From contig CBDCDC010000001.1 in NCBI GenBank assembly GCA_965215195.1, positions 1,056,001 through 1,120,000 on the forward strand: 64,000 nucleotides of DNA, in the 5' to 3' direction. A model generated the notes under the pieces. That model saw nothing but the letters and a program-made list of their open reading frames with translations. It was not told the DNA's origin and made no database searches. The first letter of the stretch is position 1. Every line of letters begins with the position of its first letter. The position numbers and the translations under genes are program-made. Source of the stretch: Candidatus Latescibacterota bacterium. GTDB lineage: Bacteria; Latescibacterota; UBA2968; UBA8231. Below are positions 18,967-29,246 of this stretch, one piece after another.

Positions 18967-19098
18967 CTTAGTACACGACCCCTAAAGTAGGCGACCCTTA
19001 CTTTGAGTACGCATTTTCTGCTGTTGCCGATGGGTCCGGGATCGAGGGCAAGATGCCCTCGATCCTTGGCCGGCTGAGGGCTGGTGGCGTGTAGTAAG
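18967..19098 (-). mobile_element. MITE copy 1 (132 bp)
   Basis: TIRs CTTAGTACACG / CGTGTAGTAAG; flanks GTTTACGAG / GTTTATGAG (9-bp TSD, 1 mismatch); homologous to 32965 and 42624. Confidence 0.9.
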
Positions 19099-19120
19099 GT
19101 TTATGAGATAACTTCTAATA

Positions 19121-20752
19121 ATGAACATTTCCGCACTCGATAGTGCCATCATCGCGGCCTACCTGCTCGTGGTCGTCGCCATAGCGGTTGTGAGCAGCCG
19201 CCGCGTCCGCAGCGCGAGCGACTTCTTCCTCGCTGGACGCAGTATGCGCTGGCCCTTTGTCGGCGCATCCCTGTTTGCCACCAACATTTCTGCCGAGCAG
19301 TTCGTCGGCCAAGCGGGCTTGGCCTTTGTCGTCGGCTTGGCAGTCGCCAATTACCAGCTCGCCGGGGTGTTGGCCTTCGTGGCGATGGGGGCGGTTTTTC
19401 TGCCCATATACATGCGGCTGGGTCTCTATACCACGCCGGAGTTTTTGCAGCGGCGCTACGGGCCGGAGAGCCGCCGCTTTTTTTCTTTGATCACCCTGGT
19501 GAGTATTACCTTTGCCGGCATTCCCGGCTCCCTGTACGCCGGCGGACGAGTGATGGAGGTGCTGTTCGGGTTTGAGTCGATTGTGCCGGGGGTGCTGATC
19601 TTGGCGCTGGCGGCCGGCCCGTACGCCTTGGTGGGCGGTTTGCGCACTGTCATCTTGACGGACTTTGTCCAGTGCTTGCTGCTGGTTGTCGGGGGCGTGG
19701 CCATGCTCTATGTGGGCTTGGGCTATCTGGGGGGCTGGGGCGTCTTTGAGACTCGGATGCAAGAGTTGCAAGGGGCGGACGATTGGGACATGCTGGCGCT
19801 GGTGCAGCCGCTCGATCACCCCAACGTGCCTTGGAGCGGCGTAGTGCTGGGCCTGACGATACATGCCTTGGCCTTTGGGGCGACCAGCCACGTCATGGTG
19901 CAGCGCGCCTTGGCGGCCCGCAGCGTCCACGAGGCGCGGATGGGTGGTTTGCTGGCCGGGCTGTTGAAAGTGGTGGCGGTCTTTATCATTCTGATTCCCG
20001 GGCTGATGGGCTACGTCATGGCGCAAGGGTCGCAGCCGCTAATCGAAGTCGCCAGCCCGGATCAGCTCTATCCGGCGATGGTGCAAACCCTGCTGCCGAC
20101 CGGCTTGGTGGGCTTGGTGTTGGCCGGGTTGATCGCGGCGCTAATGAGCTCGCTAGACTCGGAAATCTGCGCGGCCTCGGGCCTGTTTGCCATGGATTGG
20201 TATCAGCCCTATCGGCCCGCGGCGACTCAGCAGCGCTTGATATGGGCGGGGCGCATACTGGCTGGCGTGGTGGTCGCCACCGGGGTGTTGTGGGCCATTG
20301 TGGTCATTCCGCAGTTCCGCTTTCTCTACGAATATCTGGCCAAGTTTGCCTCCTACATACCAGGCACCATTGTGGCCTGTTTCCTGTGGGGCATGGTGTC
20401 GAAGCGGCCCACGCGCAAAGGGGCCTTTGCAACCCTGATCGCTGGTTCCATCTTTGGCATCTTCCTGTGGCTGGTCAACGACTCGGCAGTGCTCAACCGG
20501 CTGGTCTGTGGAGAAGAGGGATTGGGGCTGGCCTTCTTGGAGATGCACTTTCTGCACGCGGCCTTCGTCATTTTTGCCGTGGCCAGCGCCCTGCTCTTTG
20601 GCTTTAGCTTCGCGTTTGGCGACGAGGGGTCGGTGCTCTCGGAGCAAGGGGACGCAGCCTTGATGCCGAGCCGGAAGCAGGATCGGGTTTATTGGCTGGG
20701 AGCGGTGGGGTTGCTGTTGGTGTACGGCGCGGTGTATTGGTATTTCTTTTAG
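19121..20752 (+). CDS. Sodium:solute symporter (SSS) family transporter
   Basis: [52 protein letters not shown]. Confidence 0.93.
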   Translation: MNISALDSAIIAAYLLVVVAIAVVSSRRVRSASDFFLAGRSMRWPFVGASLFATNISAEQFVGQAGLAFVVGLAVANYQLAGVLAFVAMGAVFLPIYMRLGLYTTPEFLQRRYGPESRRFFSLITLVSITFAGIPGSLYAGGRVMEVLFGFESIVPGVLILALAAGPYALVGGLRTVILTDFVQCLLLVVGGVAMLYVGLGYLGGWGVFETRMQELQGADDWDMLALVQPLDHPNVPWSGVVLGLTIHALAFGATSHVMVQRALAARSVHEARMGGLLAGLLKVVAVFIILIPGLMGYVMAQGSQPLIEVASPDQLYPAMVQTLLPTGLVGLVLAGLIAALMSSLDSEICAASGLFAMDWYQPYRPAATQQRLIWAGRILAGVVVATGVLWAIVVIPQFRFLYEYLAKFASYIPGTIVACFLWGMVSKRPTRKGAFATLIAGSIFGIFLWLVNDSAVLNRLVCGEEGLGLAFLEMHFLHAAFVIFAVASALLFGFSFAFGDEGSVLSEQGDAALMPSRKQDRVYWLGAVGLLLVYGAVYWYFF

Positions 20753-20865
20753 GATTTCGGCGGCTGGGTAGGACCGGCAAATGCGCCGATAAAGGACACC
20801 GGGCGGGGCGGCAAGTAGGGAATAACGATCGTTCGAACCGCCGTCATCTACCAAGGGAGAATACA

Positions 20866-21924
20866 ATGGAAAATCGTCCGCAAGTACTCATCGCCTGTAG
20901 CGAGCGGGTGCGCCATGGCTACCTGCCGCCAGCGGAGCTAACGCGCCTAGAGCAGGTTGCCGATTGGGCGTGGTTTGCCTGCGAGGGCGGCAACATCTAC
21001 CGCGCCAGCGAAGACGCCGAGGCCATTGCCCAGTTGGCAAGGGAAATGGGTGCCGTGGATGCGCTCGTCGTCTGCCACGGTGCGCCGAAGGTTAATGCGG
21101 CGGTCTTGGAAGCCGCCCCCCGGCTGGGCTTCATCGGCGAATTGGAAGGCGACCGCTTTGCCACGCGCATCGACTTGGCCGCGGCGTGGGCGCGGGGCAT
21201 CCGCACCGTGGATACGACGAATGGCTCGTCCTATCCAGTGGCCGAGTGGGCCTTGGCCCTGACCCTGATCGCCATGCGCAATGCCGGCGCGCTCTTCCGC
21301 CGCATCCTCGCCGGGAATACGCAAAACCGCTCCACCCTCGAGCCGATGGCCGGGATGCTTACCGGCAAGCGGGTGGGCCTGATCGGCGGCGGCCACATGG
21401 GGCGGCGGCTGATGAAGTTGTTGCGGCCCTTTGAGGTTGAGCTGTGGGTGCACGATCCGTACCTGCCGCAGGAGCTGGCCGAGGCCTTGGGTTTTTTGCA
21501 AACGTCGCTGGACAATGTGCTGTCGCAGTGCGATGCCATTGTCTGCGTCGCGCCCCTGACGCCGCAGACCAAGGGCCTGATTGGCCGGCGCGAGTTAGAC
21601 CTCATTCCGTCGGGAGCGGCTTTGGTGAACGTATCGCGCGGGCCGATCTTCGACTCCGCGGCCCTGATCGAGCGCCTCAAGCGCGGCGACATTGCCGCGG
21701 GCTTGGATGTCTTTGACCCGGAGCCGATCCCGGCCGACAGCGAAATCATCGGCCTGCCCAATGTGTTTTTGACGCCGCACTTTTCCGGGCGCACGGGCGA
21801 CGAATACCCGCATTTTTTTCGCCTCATGGTCGATGAATTAGAGCGCTTTTTTGCTGGCCACGAGACCTATTTTGACCTGACGCCGCGCTCGCAGGCCAAT
21901 CGGCGGGGGGACCTGCCGGGCTAG
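20866..21924 (+). CDS. D-2-hydroxyacid dehydrogenase family protein
   Basis: GLIGGGHMG, VNVSRG, AGLDVFDPEP, LTPH. Confidence 0.9.
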   Translation: MENRPQVLIACSERVRHGYLPPAELTRLEQVADWAWFACEGGNIYRASEDAEAIAQLAREMGAVDALVVCHGAPKVNAAVLEAAPRLGFIGELEGDRFATRIDLAAAWARGIRTVDTTNGSSYPVAEWALALTLIAMRNAGALFRRILAGNTQNRSTLEPMAGMLTGKRVGLIGGGHMGRRLMKLLRPFEVELWVHDPYLPQELAEALGFLQTSLDNVLSQCDAIVCVAPLTPQTKGLIGRRELDLIPSGAALVNVSRGPIFDSAALIERLKRGDIAAGLDVFDPEPIPADSEIIGLPNVFLTPHFSGRTGDEYPHFFRLMVDELERFFAGHETYFDLTPRSQANRRGDLPG

Positions 21925-21941
21925 GGAATGGAGGAATTTTT

Positions 21942-23378
21942 ATGGGACATCCCAACCTGCTGTACATCTTCACCGATCAGCAGCGCGTGGATACGCTGCG
22001 CTGCTACGGCAACGAGCAGATCGAGACCCCGGCCCTCGACGCGCTGGCCGCGGACGGCTTTGTCTTTGAAAACGCCTACGTGAGCCAGCCGGTGTGCAGC
22101 CCGGCGCGGGCCACCATGCTGACCGGGCTGTGGCCGCACGCGGCCGGCGTGCCCGCGTGCAATGTGCCGCTGCGCCCCGAGGTGCCGACCTTTGCCGAGC
22201 TCCTGCCGCCGGAATACCAGACGGCCTTTATGGGCAAATGGCACTTGGGGGATGAAATTTTTCCCCAGCACGGGTTTGCAACGTGGGTCGGCAGCGAAGA
22301 CTCGTACCGGCGTGGCTATTCCGCGCCGGAGCGGCTGGCCGCGCTCAGCCCGTATCACCACTTCTTGATTGAGCAGGGGTTTGTGCCCGACGCCGAGAAC
22401 CTCGGCCAGCGCGTGTTCTCGCGCCACGCCGAGGCCTCCATGCCGGAGGAATACACCAAGGCCGCGTTTTTGGGCGAGCAGGCCGCAGAGTACATCCGCC
22501 AGCGCGGCGACGCGCCCTTTGCGCTATGCGTCAGCTATCTGGAGCCGCACCCGCCGCACACCGGGCCGCTCAACGACTATTACGACCCGGCGACCCTGCC
22601 GACCGGACCGAGCTTTAGGCAGCCCCCGCCGGCCGACGCGCCCTTGATCGTGCGGCTGATGGCGGCCTTTTACTCGGCTTCGGAAAACTACGGGTTGGAC
22701 TTGCAGACCGAGGCTGGCTGGCGCGGGCTAATGGCCCGCTATTGGGGCAATGTGACGCTGGTGGATCGCTCGGTGGCCCAGATCCTCCAAGCCTTGGACG
22801 AGAGCGGCAAGGCCGACGACACCATTGTAATTTTCACGTCGGATCACGGCGAACTCATGGGCAATCACGGGATTTTGGGCAAGACCCTGATGTACGAGGA
22901 ATCGATCAAGGTGCCGTTGCTGCTGCGCGCCCCCATGCTGGGCGCGGGGCCGCGGCGGATCGGCGGCCAGTTCAGCCACATCGACTTGGTGCCCACGCTG
23001 CTCGACTTGCTGGGGCTAGATGCGCCGGATCATTTGCAGGGGCAGAGCCGGGTGCCAGTGCTGTGCGGCCGCTCCGACTTGGCGGCCAACGATGTGTTTG
23101 TCGAGTGGAGCGGCACCGACGGCCATCCGCCGGCCTCGATCGGCGAAGCCGAGCCGAACCGCAGCTTGGCCCATCCCGTCCGCACCATTGTCGCGGCCAA
23201 TGGCTGGAAGCTCAACCTGTACGGCGCGGGCCAAGGCGAGCTATACGATCTGAACGCCGACCCCCACGAATTGGCGAATCTATACTACCGGCCCGAGCAA
23301 CGCACGCGGATCGGCGAACTGAGCGAGCGGATTCGCGCCTGGCAGGAGCAGACCGGCGACGAGGTGGCGCTGCCCTAA
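21942..23378 (+). CDS. Sulfatase (formylglycine-dependent)
   Basis: PNLLYIFTDQQR, CSPARATMLTG, GKWHL, SDHG. Confidence 0.93.
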   Translation: MGHPNLLYIFTDQQRVDTLRCYGNEQIETPALDALAADGFVFENAYVSQPVCSPARATMLTGLWPHAAGVPACNVPLRPEVPTFAELLPPEYQTAFMGKWHLGDEIFPQHGFATWVGSEDSYRRGYSAPERLAALSPYHHFLIEQGFVPDAENLGQRVFSRHAEASMPEEYTKAAFLGEQAAEYIRQRGDAPFALCVSYLEPHPPHTGPLNDYYDPATLPTGPSFRQPPPADAPLIVRLMAAFYSASENYGLDLQTEAGWRGLMARYWGNVTLVDRSVAQILQALDESGKADDTIVIFTSDHGELMGNHGILGKTLMYEESIKVPLLLRAPMLGAGPRRIGGQFSHIDLVPTLLDLLGLDAPDHLQGQSRVPVLCGRSDLAANDVFVEWSGTDGHPPASIGEAEPNRSLAHPVRTIVAANGWKLNLYGAGQGELYDLNADPHELANLYYRPEQRTRIGELSERIRAWQEQTGDEVALP

Positions 23379-24044
23379 TTATTCGGCATTGCCTTTTGCA
23401 GCAAGATCGCGCACGAACTGAGAGAGGGCATCAAACGCCGGGGATTGGAAGTTCCACACTCCTTGTTGAGCACCTTCGCCGACCCTAGCTACGGGATTCC
23501 TCTTCGCGGCGAGGTAGGCGTGAGCGAAGGTCTTGTCGTGGTTTCTCGAACACAGGGCATTGCGGGTTTTCAGGCACTCTATGTACTCGTCGACGCATTG
23601 GGCCGCGTCTTCGCCTGCTACGGAACGCCGACAGAGGGTCTCAATGGCACCGGATTGGGAGCCGTCGGGCACGATGAACACGCCAATCGACGGAGTGTCG
23701 TTTGAGAATTCAGCGTGAGCGGGAGGTGGTTCGTACCCGGCGCTGCGGAGGCTGCCGCAGACGCTATCGAAGCTGCCCTGTGGGTTGTCGTCGGCGTCTC
23801 GTACAACGCCGACTGAACGGAGCGTTGGTCTAGCTTGGGCGGCCGCCTTTATCCCCTTCAGGTTTTTTGTAAAGTTATTCTTGCTGCCAACATCCACTAT
23901 CTGGATGCCCTGCCCATCGTCCTCGAGACAGTCCTTGATGAGCCTCTCTAAAAGGTTCACTTCGTCTTTGCCTTCGACAAGCAATAGCCGGTCTGCCGTT
24001 AGCTCAACTCTCGGAAGTCCTGCTCGACTCGTTGCGATCATCAT
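23379..24044 (-). CDS. DUF3226-like TOPRIM-fold protein
   Basis: LLLVEGKDE, GVVRDAD, FIVPDG...GAIETLC, K..AHAYLA. Confidence 0.8.
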   Translation of the reverse strand: MMIATSRAGLPRVELTADRLLLVEGKDEVNLLERLIKDCLEDDGQGIQIVDVGSKNNFTKNLKGIKAAAQARPTLRSVGVVRDADDNPQGSFDSVCGSLRSAGYEPPPAHAEFSNDTPSIGVFIVPDGSQSGAIETLCRRSVAGEDAAQCVDEYIECLKTRNALCSRNHDKTFAHAYLAAKRNPVARVGEGAQQGVWNFQSPAFDALSQFVRDLAAKGNAE

Positions 24045-25087
24045 CGGACCTCCAAGTTGAGATTCCGCGCACCTTCGAGGGCCTCGCCGGTGAAGGTCGC
24101 TGCTTTGATGTTTCCCGACTCGTTCTCAAAGAGATTGTGGATGGACAAGTCATTGGGTTCGTCGGCAAAAGCCTCCATTGCCGCATCAATGCACTCGGCG
24201 CTGTGGGTCGTCGCGATGAATTGCACATTCCATTCGTGCATCCAATCGCGGGCGCGAGCCCAGAGGTTCCGTAGCACCGAATAGTGAAGGCCATTTTCTA
24301 TCTCGTCGATAAGCACTAGGCCGTTACGGGCAGCGAAGAAATTTAGATATAACTTGAGAAGCCGCACTATACCGCCTCCTAGATTTTCTAGGCGACGTTG
24401 ATCTCCGTTATCTGTGATTGCCGAAAGGTACGATTCCCCATTTTCGTCTGTAAGTATCTGTACATCCTTAACGTTTGGCAGAATCAAATTTACGGCATTC
24501 GCTAGGTCCTCTTTTCGACCTTCCCTAACCATATCGGAATAAAGTTTCAGGTATTCCCCCGATATTTCAAGTTGCCATCTTGTACCTTCGATTATGCAGG
24601 TGATCCTAGGCGTTACCGAATCAGAAAAGCCACGTTCGACTAGCCCTTTCGGGGTGTTATGCCTTGCTGGGAGCGTACCGTCAAGCTCTTTATTGTCAAT
24701 CCACGTGCGAAGGCGACCGACAACGGGGCGTTGTTCCAGCTTGTACCTAGCATCGGTAATAGCTACTGTCTCCCATGTTATCTCTTCTATCTCTTCAAAG
24801 GTCGCTTTCCATTCGTGGCGTTCTTCGCCTTCGGTTCCACAAAGTTTTAGAGACTTGTCGGACAAGTCCGATATGGGATTTACGATTGGATTAGTGGACC
24901 GTTGTACATTCGCGTTCCACAGCAATTGAGTATTGTGTCTTCCCATAAAGAGCCAGATTGCTTCGATAAGTGCCGTTTTCCCAACGCCGTTTGCACCGGT
25001 GATCAGGTTCGCGTGGCTCAATTTTGGCAGGGACAAGCCGTTGATGCCACGGTAGTGAACTGCCTCGAAACTGCTGAGATGAATCAT
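24041..25087 (-). CDS. ABC-type (AAA_15/AAA_21) ATPase
   Basis: GANGVGKT, LGGG signature, LIDEIENGLH, TTHS; 4-nt overlap with the downstream gene. Confidence 0.88.
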   Translation of the reverse strand: MIHLSSFEAVHYRGINGLSLPKLSHANLITGANGVGKTALIEAIWLFMGRHNTQLLWNANVQRSTNPIVNPISDLSDKSLKLCGTEGEERHEWKATFEEIEEITWETVAITDARYKLEQRPVVGRLRTWIDNKELDGTLPARHNTPKGLVERGFSDSVTPRITCIIEGTRWQLEISGEYLKLYSDMVREGRKEDLANAVNLILPNVKDVQILTDENGESYLSAITDNGDQRRLENLGGGIVRLLKLYLNFFAARNGLVLIDEIENGLHYSVLRNLWARARDWMHEWNVQFIATTHSAECIDAAMEAFADEPNDLSIHNLFENESGNIKAATFTGEALEGARNLNLEVR

Positions 25088-25337
25088 TGGATTCCTCCGC
25101 TATTGGAAGCCTGCTCTAGTCCGCAGCAGCAGGAATTTCTGTGCGCTCATACAGCAACGCACTTGAGCAAAGCCGGCGTCGCCGACTCAAGTAGAATCGC
25201 TATCGACACGCGAATGGAAGCCGCTACCTCTGGCCAGCGAGCCGATTAGGTACACGCGCTCGGCTCCGTATGCTTCGACTAGGGCTGTGGCGCAGACGCT
25301 TTTGCCAAGCCTCAATGTACGATCTGTAGGCGTCCAT
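25084..25337 (-). pseudogene. Collapsed MNT nucleotidyltransferase (+HEPN partner) remnant
   Basis: MDAYRSYIEAWQKR, then in another frame YGAERVYLIGSLARGSGF, then ILLESATPALL, then an overlapping MSAQKFLLLR start. Confidence 0.6.
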
Positions 25338-25383
25338 AAATGGAAGTATAACGGAAGAGGGCATCGCACACACGGAGACGCTT

Positions 25384-26457
25384 CTAGCGAAAAAGCGTCC
25401 CTTCGAGTGCCTCTGCATAGGTTTGCGGTCGTCCGGAGTGGTCGCCGCCGAGCCAGCGGTAGGCCCTCGGATAGAGCGCGAGCGAGCGGTCGGCGAGTGG
25501 CAGGTTGAGCGGCACGCTGCCCCACGCGGCCGAGAACTTGGCGGCGATGGCCACTTCGAGCGATTGGCGCAGGTCGTGGCCGGAGATGTACAGCTCGCCG
25601 CCGTTTTCCACGACATCCAAAAATGACAGCACTGAAGTGCCCATGTAGGAGAAGCGGGGGTATGCGAGCGGGGTATAGGGGCGGTCGATCTTTAGGCGGG
25701 CACCCTGTGCGTCGCGGCCCGCGAAAATCTCGGGCGGCCCCCAGTCCCAGCGCACGAGCGCGTCGTCGGTCCACACTTCTACGCCGCGACTGGGCGTGGG
25801 TTGGCCAAAGACCGGGCAGACGAGGCCGTTGCTGAGCAAAAATTGCCCGTTGATGATTAGCCCCTCGTCGTCGTCGCGTGCGAGGGCTTCCGGCGGTGTA
25901 CCCCACGCGATGACTTGGGTCACCTCGGCTTGGGCCAAGAGCCGCAACACGGCAATGTGCTGGCAGCCCCCGCCGGAAATCTCGCCGCCCCAGCCGTGGA
26001 CGCTGGCCCCGCGCAATGGGCCGTACTCGCCGGTGCGCAGCCAGCCGGCCGCTTCTTGCACCTCGCCCATGGCCCGTTGCAGGTTGCCGCCGGCAAAGAC
26101 CACGCCGCGCCTTTCGCATTCCTCGATCATGGCATCGACATCCGACAGGCGGGCCTCAATGGGCTTATCGGTGGAGACGCCCTTGACGCCAGCTTGAGCG
26201 GCGGCGATGACGGCCTCTTTGATGTACTTGCCGGGCAGCACGACGACCGCGATGTCCGGGACGACGTGCCGGAAGAGGTCTTGCGCGTCCTCGTAGAGTG
26301 CGCGGATGCCAAAGCGCTCGCCGACGGCTTGGCGGCGCTCGGGGTTGTATTCGGCGATGGCGACTAGCTCGGTGTTGGGCAGGGTTTGATAGACCTCGGC
26401 GTAGTGCTGGCCGAGGCGGCCGCAGCCGATGATGGCGACCGCGTATTGCTCATTCAT
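25384..26457 (-). CDS. Gfo/Idh/MocA oxidoreductase
   Basis: VAIIGCGRLG, DKP variant of the EKP motif. Confidence 0.85.
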   Translation of the reverse strand: MNEQYAVAIIGCGRLGQHYAEVYQTLPNTELVAIAEYNPERRQAVGERFGIRALYEDAQDLFRHVVPDIAVVVLPGKYIKEAVIAAAQAGVKGVSTDKPIEARLSDVDAMIEECERRGVVFAGGNLQRAMGEVQEAAGWLRTGEYGPLRGASVHGWGGEISGGGCQHIAVLRLLAQAEVTQVIAWGTPPEALARDDDEGLIINGQFLLSNGLVCPVFGQPTPSRGVEVWTDDALVRWDWGPPEIFAGRDAQGARLKIDRPYTPLAYPRFSYMGTSVLSFLDVVENGGELYISGHDLRQSLEVAIAAKFSAAWGSVPLNLPLADRSLALYPRAYRWLGGDHSGRPQTYAEALEGTLFR

Positions 26458-26469
26458 GGAGGAGCTCCT

Positions 26470-28146
26470 TTAGGTTGGCGCACCCGCGCGGTAGGTTGCT
26501 GCGACCCAAGCGGCACTTTGCGCGACAGGCGCTAGATACACCGCGGCAATGGTGCCTTGGAAGCGGGCGCTGCCTCCGGCGATATGGCCGATGGTCACGG
26601 GAATATCCGTCTGTTGCAATGGATGGCCACAGGCCGGGCGCGAGGCCGCGAGCGTGCCGTCGATGTAGAGCTGGATACGCGCCCCGTCGTACACCCCGGC
26701 GAGGTGATGGACGCCGGGCGCGAGGGTTTGGTGAGCGGCAATGCTGACTGCGCCGCCGGTGGTGTTGACGATGAAGCTGGGGCCGGGCACGGCCGCGCAC
26801 AGCCCGCCATTGTGGCCCAAGTCGCCGTAGCGCAGGGAGAACGCGCCGTCGGCCCCGAGGGTGTCGTAGCGGAGGACGCGGCCGTGGGCGCGGCCGCCGT
26901 CGCGGTCGCCGCGCCAGGGAGCAGCGTAGAAATAGCGGCCATCAAACGCGCCGGCGTTGTACGCGGTTGTGTGCAGGCCGTCGGTATAGCTGGCGTCGTG
27001 CGCGTCCCAAGCGGCTGGGTCGTCAAACGGCGCGGCCGGGTCGTAGCGCAGATAGGAGCCGTGGAAGACGCTCTCTGCGGGCGCAGCAGCGCGGGTGAAG
27101 GGCACGTAGTATATGTAGCGTCCGTCGAAGAAGCCGCCGTCAAAGCCGCTGTTGTACCCAAGAACGTGGGTGTCCCAGCTTTGCGGGTCGTCAAACGGAG
27201 CGGCCGTGTCGTAGCGCAGCATTGTGCTGTTGCCGTAAGAGCAAAAGTAGATGTGCCGCCCGTCGAACACGGCACCGACGTTCATCTGCATCCCCAAGGG
27301 ACGGGCGTCGTAAATGTCCCAGCTTTGCGGATCGGCGAAATCCCTGGCGACCGCATAGCGGAGGACGTGGCCGCTGCTGAGCGGCGCAAAGTAGATATGG
27401 CGTCCGTCAAACGCGGCACCGTCGAAACAGGCGGCCTCCGGGCAGAGTTGTTGGGCGTTGAAGACGGCATAGCTCGCGGGATCCTTCAGGGGCGCACAGG
27501 TGTCGTAGCGGAGGATGTGGCCACTCGGTTCGTCGTCCAAACCGCTGGTCGCCGAGCGGGTGTAACCCGGGCAGAAGTAGAGGTAGCGGCCGTCAAAGGC
27601 GAGGCCCTGTCCCGAATGGGGGAACTGGGCGTCGTGGGCGGCCCAAGCGGCTGGGTCTTTGAAGTCGGCTTGGGTGTCGTAGCGCAAGAGGCGCGAGTGG
27701 TGAGCGGTGCCGTCGTCGCGCGGGTTGAAGTACGCGTAGCGGCCGTCAAAAGCGCCGCCGTAGAAACCCGCGGTGTGCAGGCCATCGGTGTGGCTGGCGT
27801 CGTGGGCGTCCCAAGCGGCTGGGTCTTTGAAGTCGGCTTGGGTGTCGAGGCGGAGGACGCGGCCATGCACCGAAGTGCGCTCCTGCTGGTCGCGGATGGG
27901 GCAGAAGTAGAGGTAGCGGCCATCGAATACCGCGCCGAAGTAGCCTTGGGTCACCAAGCCGTCGGTGTGGCCAGCGTCATAGGCGGAGAAGGCGTCGAAG
28001 GCGGCGCGGGGCTGCCACTGCGAGACGAGCGCCTGCATGGCTTCGGCGCGGGCGGTGGGGCTTTCGACCCAAGCGGCGACCGTCAGGGCCTTGTCGAGCG
28101 CGAAGGGGGCGTTGGAGCGGATGCGGTATTCGGGGGCTTCGGACAT
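26470..28146 (-). CDS. LamG-like domain interrupted by a 7-repeat FDGRY beta-propeller
   Basis: LTVAAWV at the N-terminus; HHLAGVYDG...LYIDG...IG...FQG.I at the C-terminus; seven FDGR(Y/H)xY repeats between. Confidence 0.75.
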   Translation of the reverse strand: MSEAPEYRIRSNAPFALDKALTVAAWVESPTARAEAMQALVSQWQPRAAFDAFSAYDAGHTDGLVTQGYFGAVFDGRYLYFCPIRDQQERTSVHGRVLRLDTQADFKDPAAWDAHDASHTDGLHTAGFYGGAFDGRYAYFNPRDDGTAHHSRLLRYDTQADFKDPAAWAAHDAQFPHSGQGLAFDGRYLYFCPGYTRSATSGLDDEPSGHILRYDTCAPLKDPASYAVFNAQQLCPEAACFDGAAFDGRHIYFAPLSSGHVLRYAVARDFADPQSWDIYDARPLGMQMNVGAVFDGRHIYFCSYGNSTMLRYDTAAPFDDPQSWDTHVLGYNSGFDGGFFDGRYIYYVPFTRAAAPAESVFHGSYLRYDPAAPFDDPAAWDAHDASYTDGLHTTAYNAGAFDGRYFYAAPWRGDRDGGRAHGRVLRYDTLGADGAFSLRYGDLGHNGGLCAAVPGPSFIVNTTGGAVSIAAHQTLAPGVHHLAGVYDGARIQLYIDGTLAASRPACGHPLQQTDIPVTIGHIAGGSARFQGTIAAVYLAPVAQSAAWVAATYRAGAPT

Positions 28147-28160
28147 GGCGTTGGAGCGGC

Positions 28161-29246
28161 CTAAGGGAAAATGTGGCGTTCGACTAAGTAGCGCTCGACG
28201 CCGTCGCGGTCGAGAGTGTAGCCCAAACCCGGTCGGTCGGAGACTAGGAAGCTGCCGTCTGCGAGGACGAATTCCTCGTTGACTAAGGAGTGCTCCCAGG
28301 CGATGGGGCCGACCATGTCGTAGGGCTGGGTCAAATGGGGCATGCAGGCGGCCACGTGCAGGCCCATAGCCGCGCCCGGGCCGTAAGCTACGGTCTGCGA
28401 CCAGCCGCCTAGGCCCAGCGCGTGCGCCAAGTGCGAGCGATGCAGGGTTTCAAAGTGGCTGGCCCCGCCGACAATGGCGTAGTCGAGGGCCTCGGCCTCG
28501 AAGCGGCGCAGCAGGTCGGCTGCGTCGCAGACGTGGTCGCCAATGGGCAGGGAGATGGTGTGGCGCAGGCGACGCCATTCGGAAAACGTGCCGGCGCGTG
28601 CGCCTTTGGCAATGGGGCTTTCGAGCGAGTCTAGGCGGTGGCCCTGTAGGCGGCGAGCCAGTTCTTGAGCCACCCACACTTCCTCCAGACGCCAGCGGAT
28701 ATCCGGGCGCACCACCATGTCGGGGACCACGCGGTGAATGGCCTCCACCCGGTCGGTGATGTAGCGGATGCGCTCCTCGGGGGTTTTCTCCCGGCTGGTG
28801 ATGCACTTCATCTTATAAGCGCGGAAGCCCTGCTCCCATCCCCATTGGGCGTCCACGGCCGTGTGTTCGGGCGTTTTGTACCCGGTGCATTGGGTGACCG
28901 GAATGCGGTCGCGCAACCGCCCACCCAATAGTTGCCATATAGGTACGCCCAAGGCTTGGCCGCGCAAGTCGAGCACGGCCTGTTCAAATGCGCCCTGCAT
29001 GGGGCCGTTGCCTTGAGCCAAGTTGACTTGGAGGACGTCCTGCCCCAGCCAAGTCTCGACCTGCTGGCGCATGGTGGCGGTAAAACGCCCGATCAGGGTC
29101 AGGCCGGTCAAGCCCTGATCGGTCTCGACTTCGGCGACGCCGTGCTCGCTGCGCTGGTGCAAGGGCTGGCCGTACACATCGTCTGACCACCACCAGCGGC
29201 GCTCGGGCACGTTGACGATGTGGAGGGTGATGCGGGTGATTTTCAC
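28161..29246 (-). CDS. Mandelate racemase/muconate lactonizing enzyme family protein
   Basis: EQAVLDLRGQALGVPIWQLLGG, KMK, ESP, RPGLG; GTG start with GAGGAG RBS. Confidence 0.88.
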   Translation of the reverse strand: MKITRITLHIVNVPERRWWWSDDVYGQPLHQRSEHGVAEVETDQGLTGLTLIGRFTATMRQQVETWLGQDVLQVNLAQGNGPMQGAFEQAVLDLRGQALGVPIWQLLGGRLRDRIPVTQCTGYKTPEHTAVDAQWGWEQGFRAYKMKCITSREKTPEERIRYITDRVEAIHRVVPDMVVRPDIRWRLEEVWVAQELARRLQGHRLDSLESPIAKGARAGTFSEWRRLRHTISLPIGDHVCDAADLLRRFEAEALDYAIVGGASHFETLHRSHLAHALGLGGWSQTVAYGPGAAMGLHVAACMPHLTQPYDMVGPIAWEHSLVNEEFVLADGSFLVSDRPGLGYTLDRDGVERYLVERHIFP

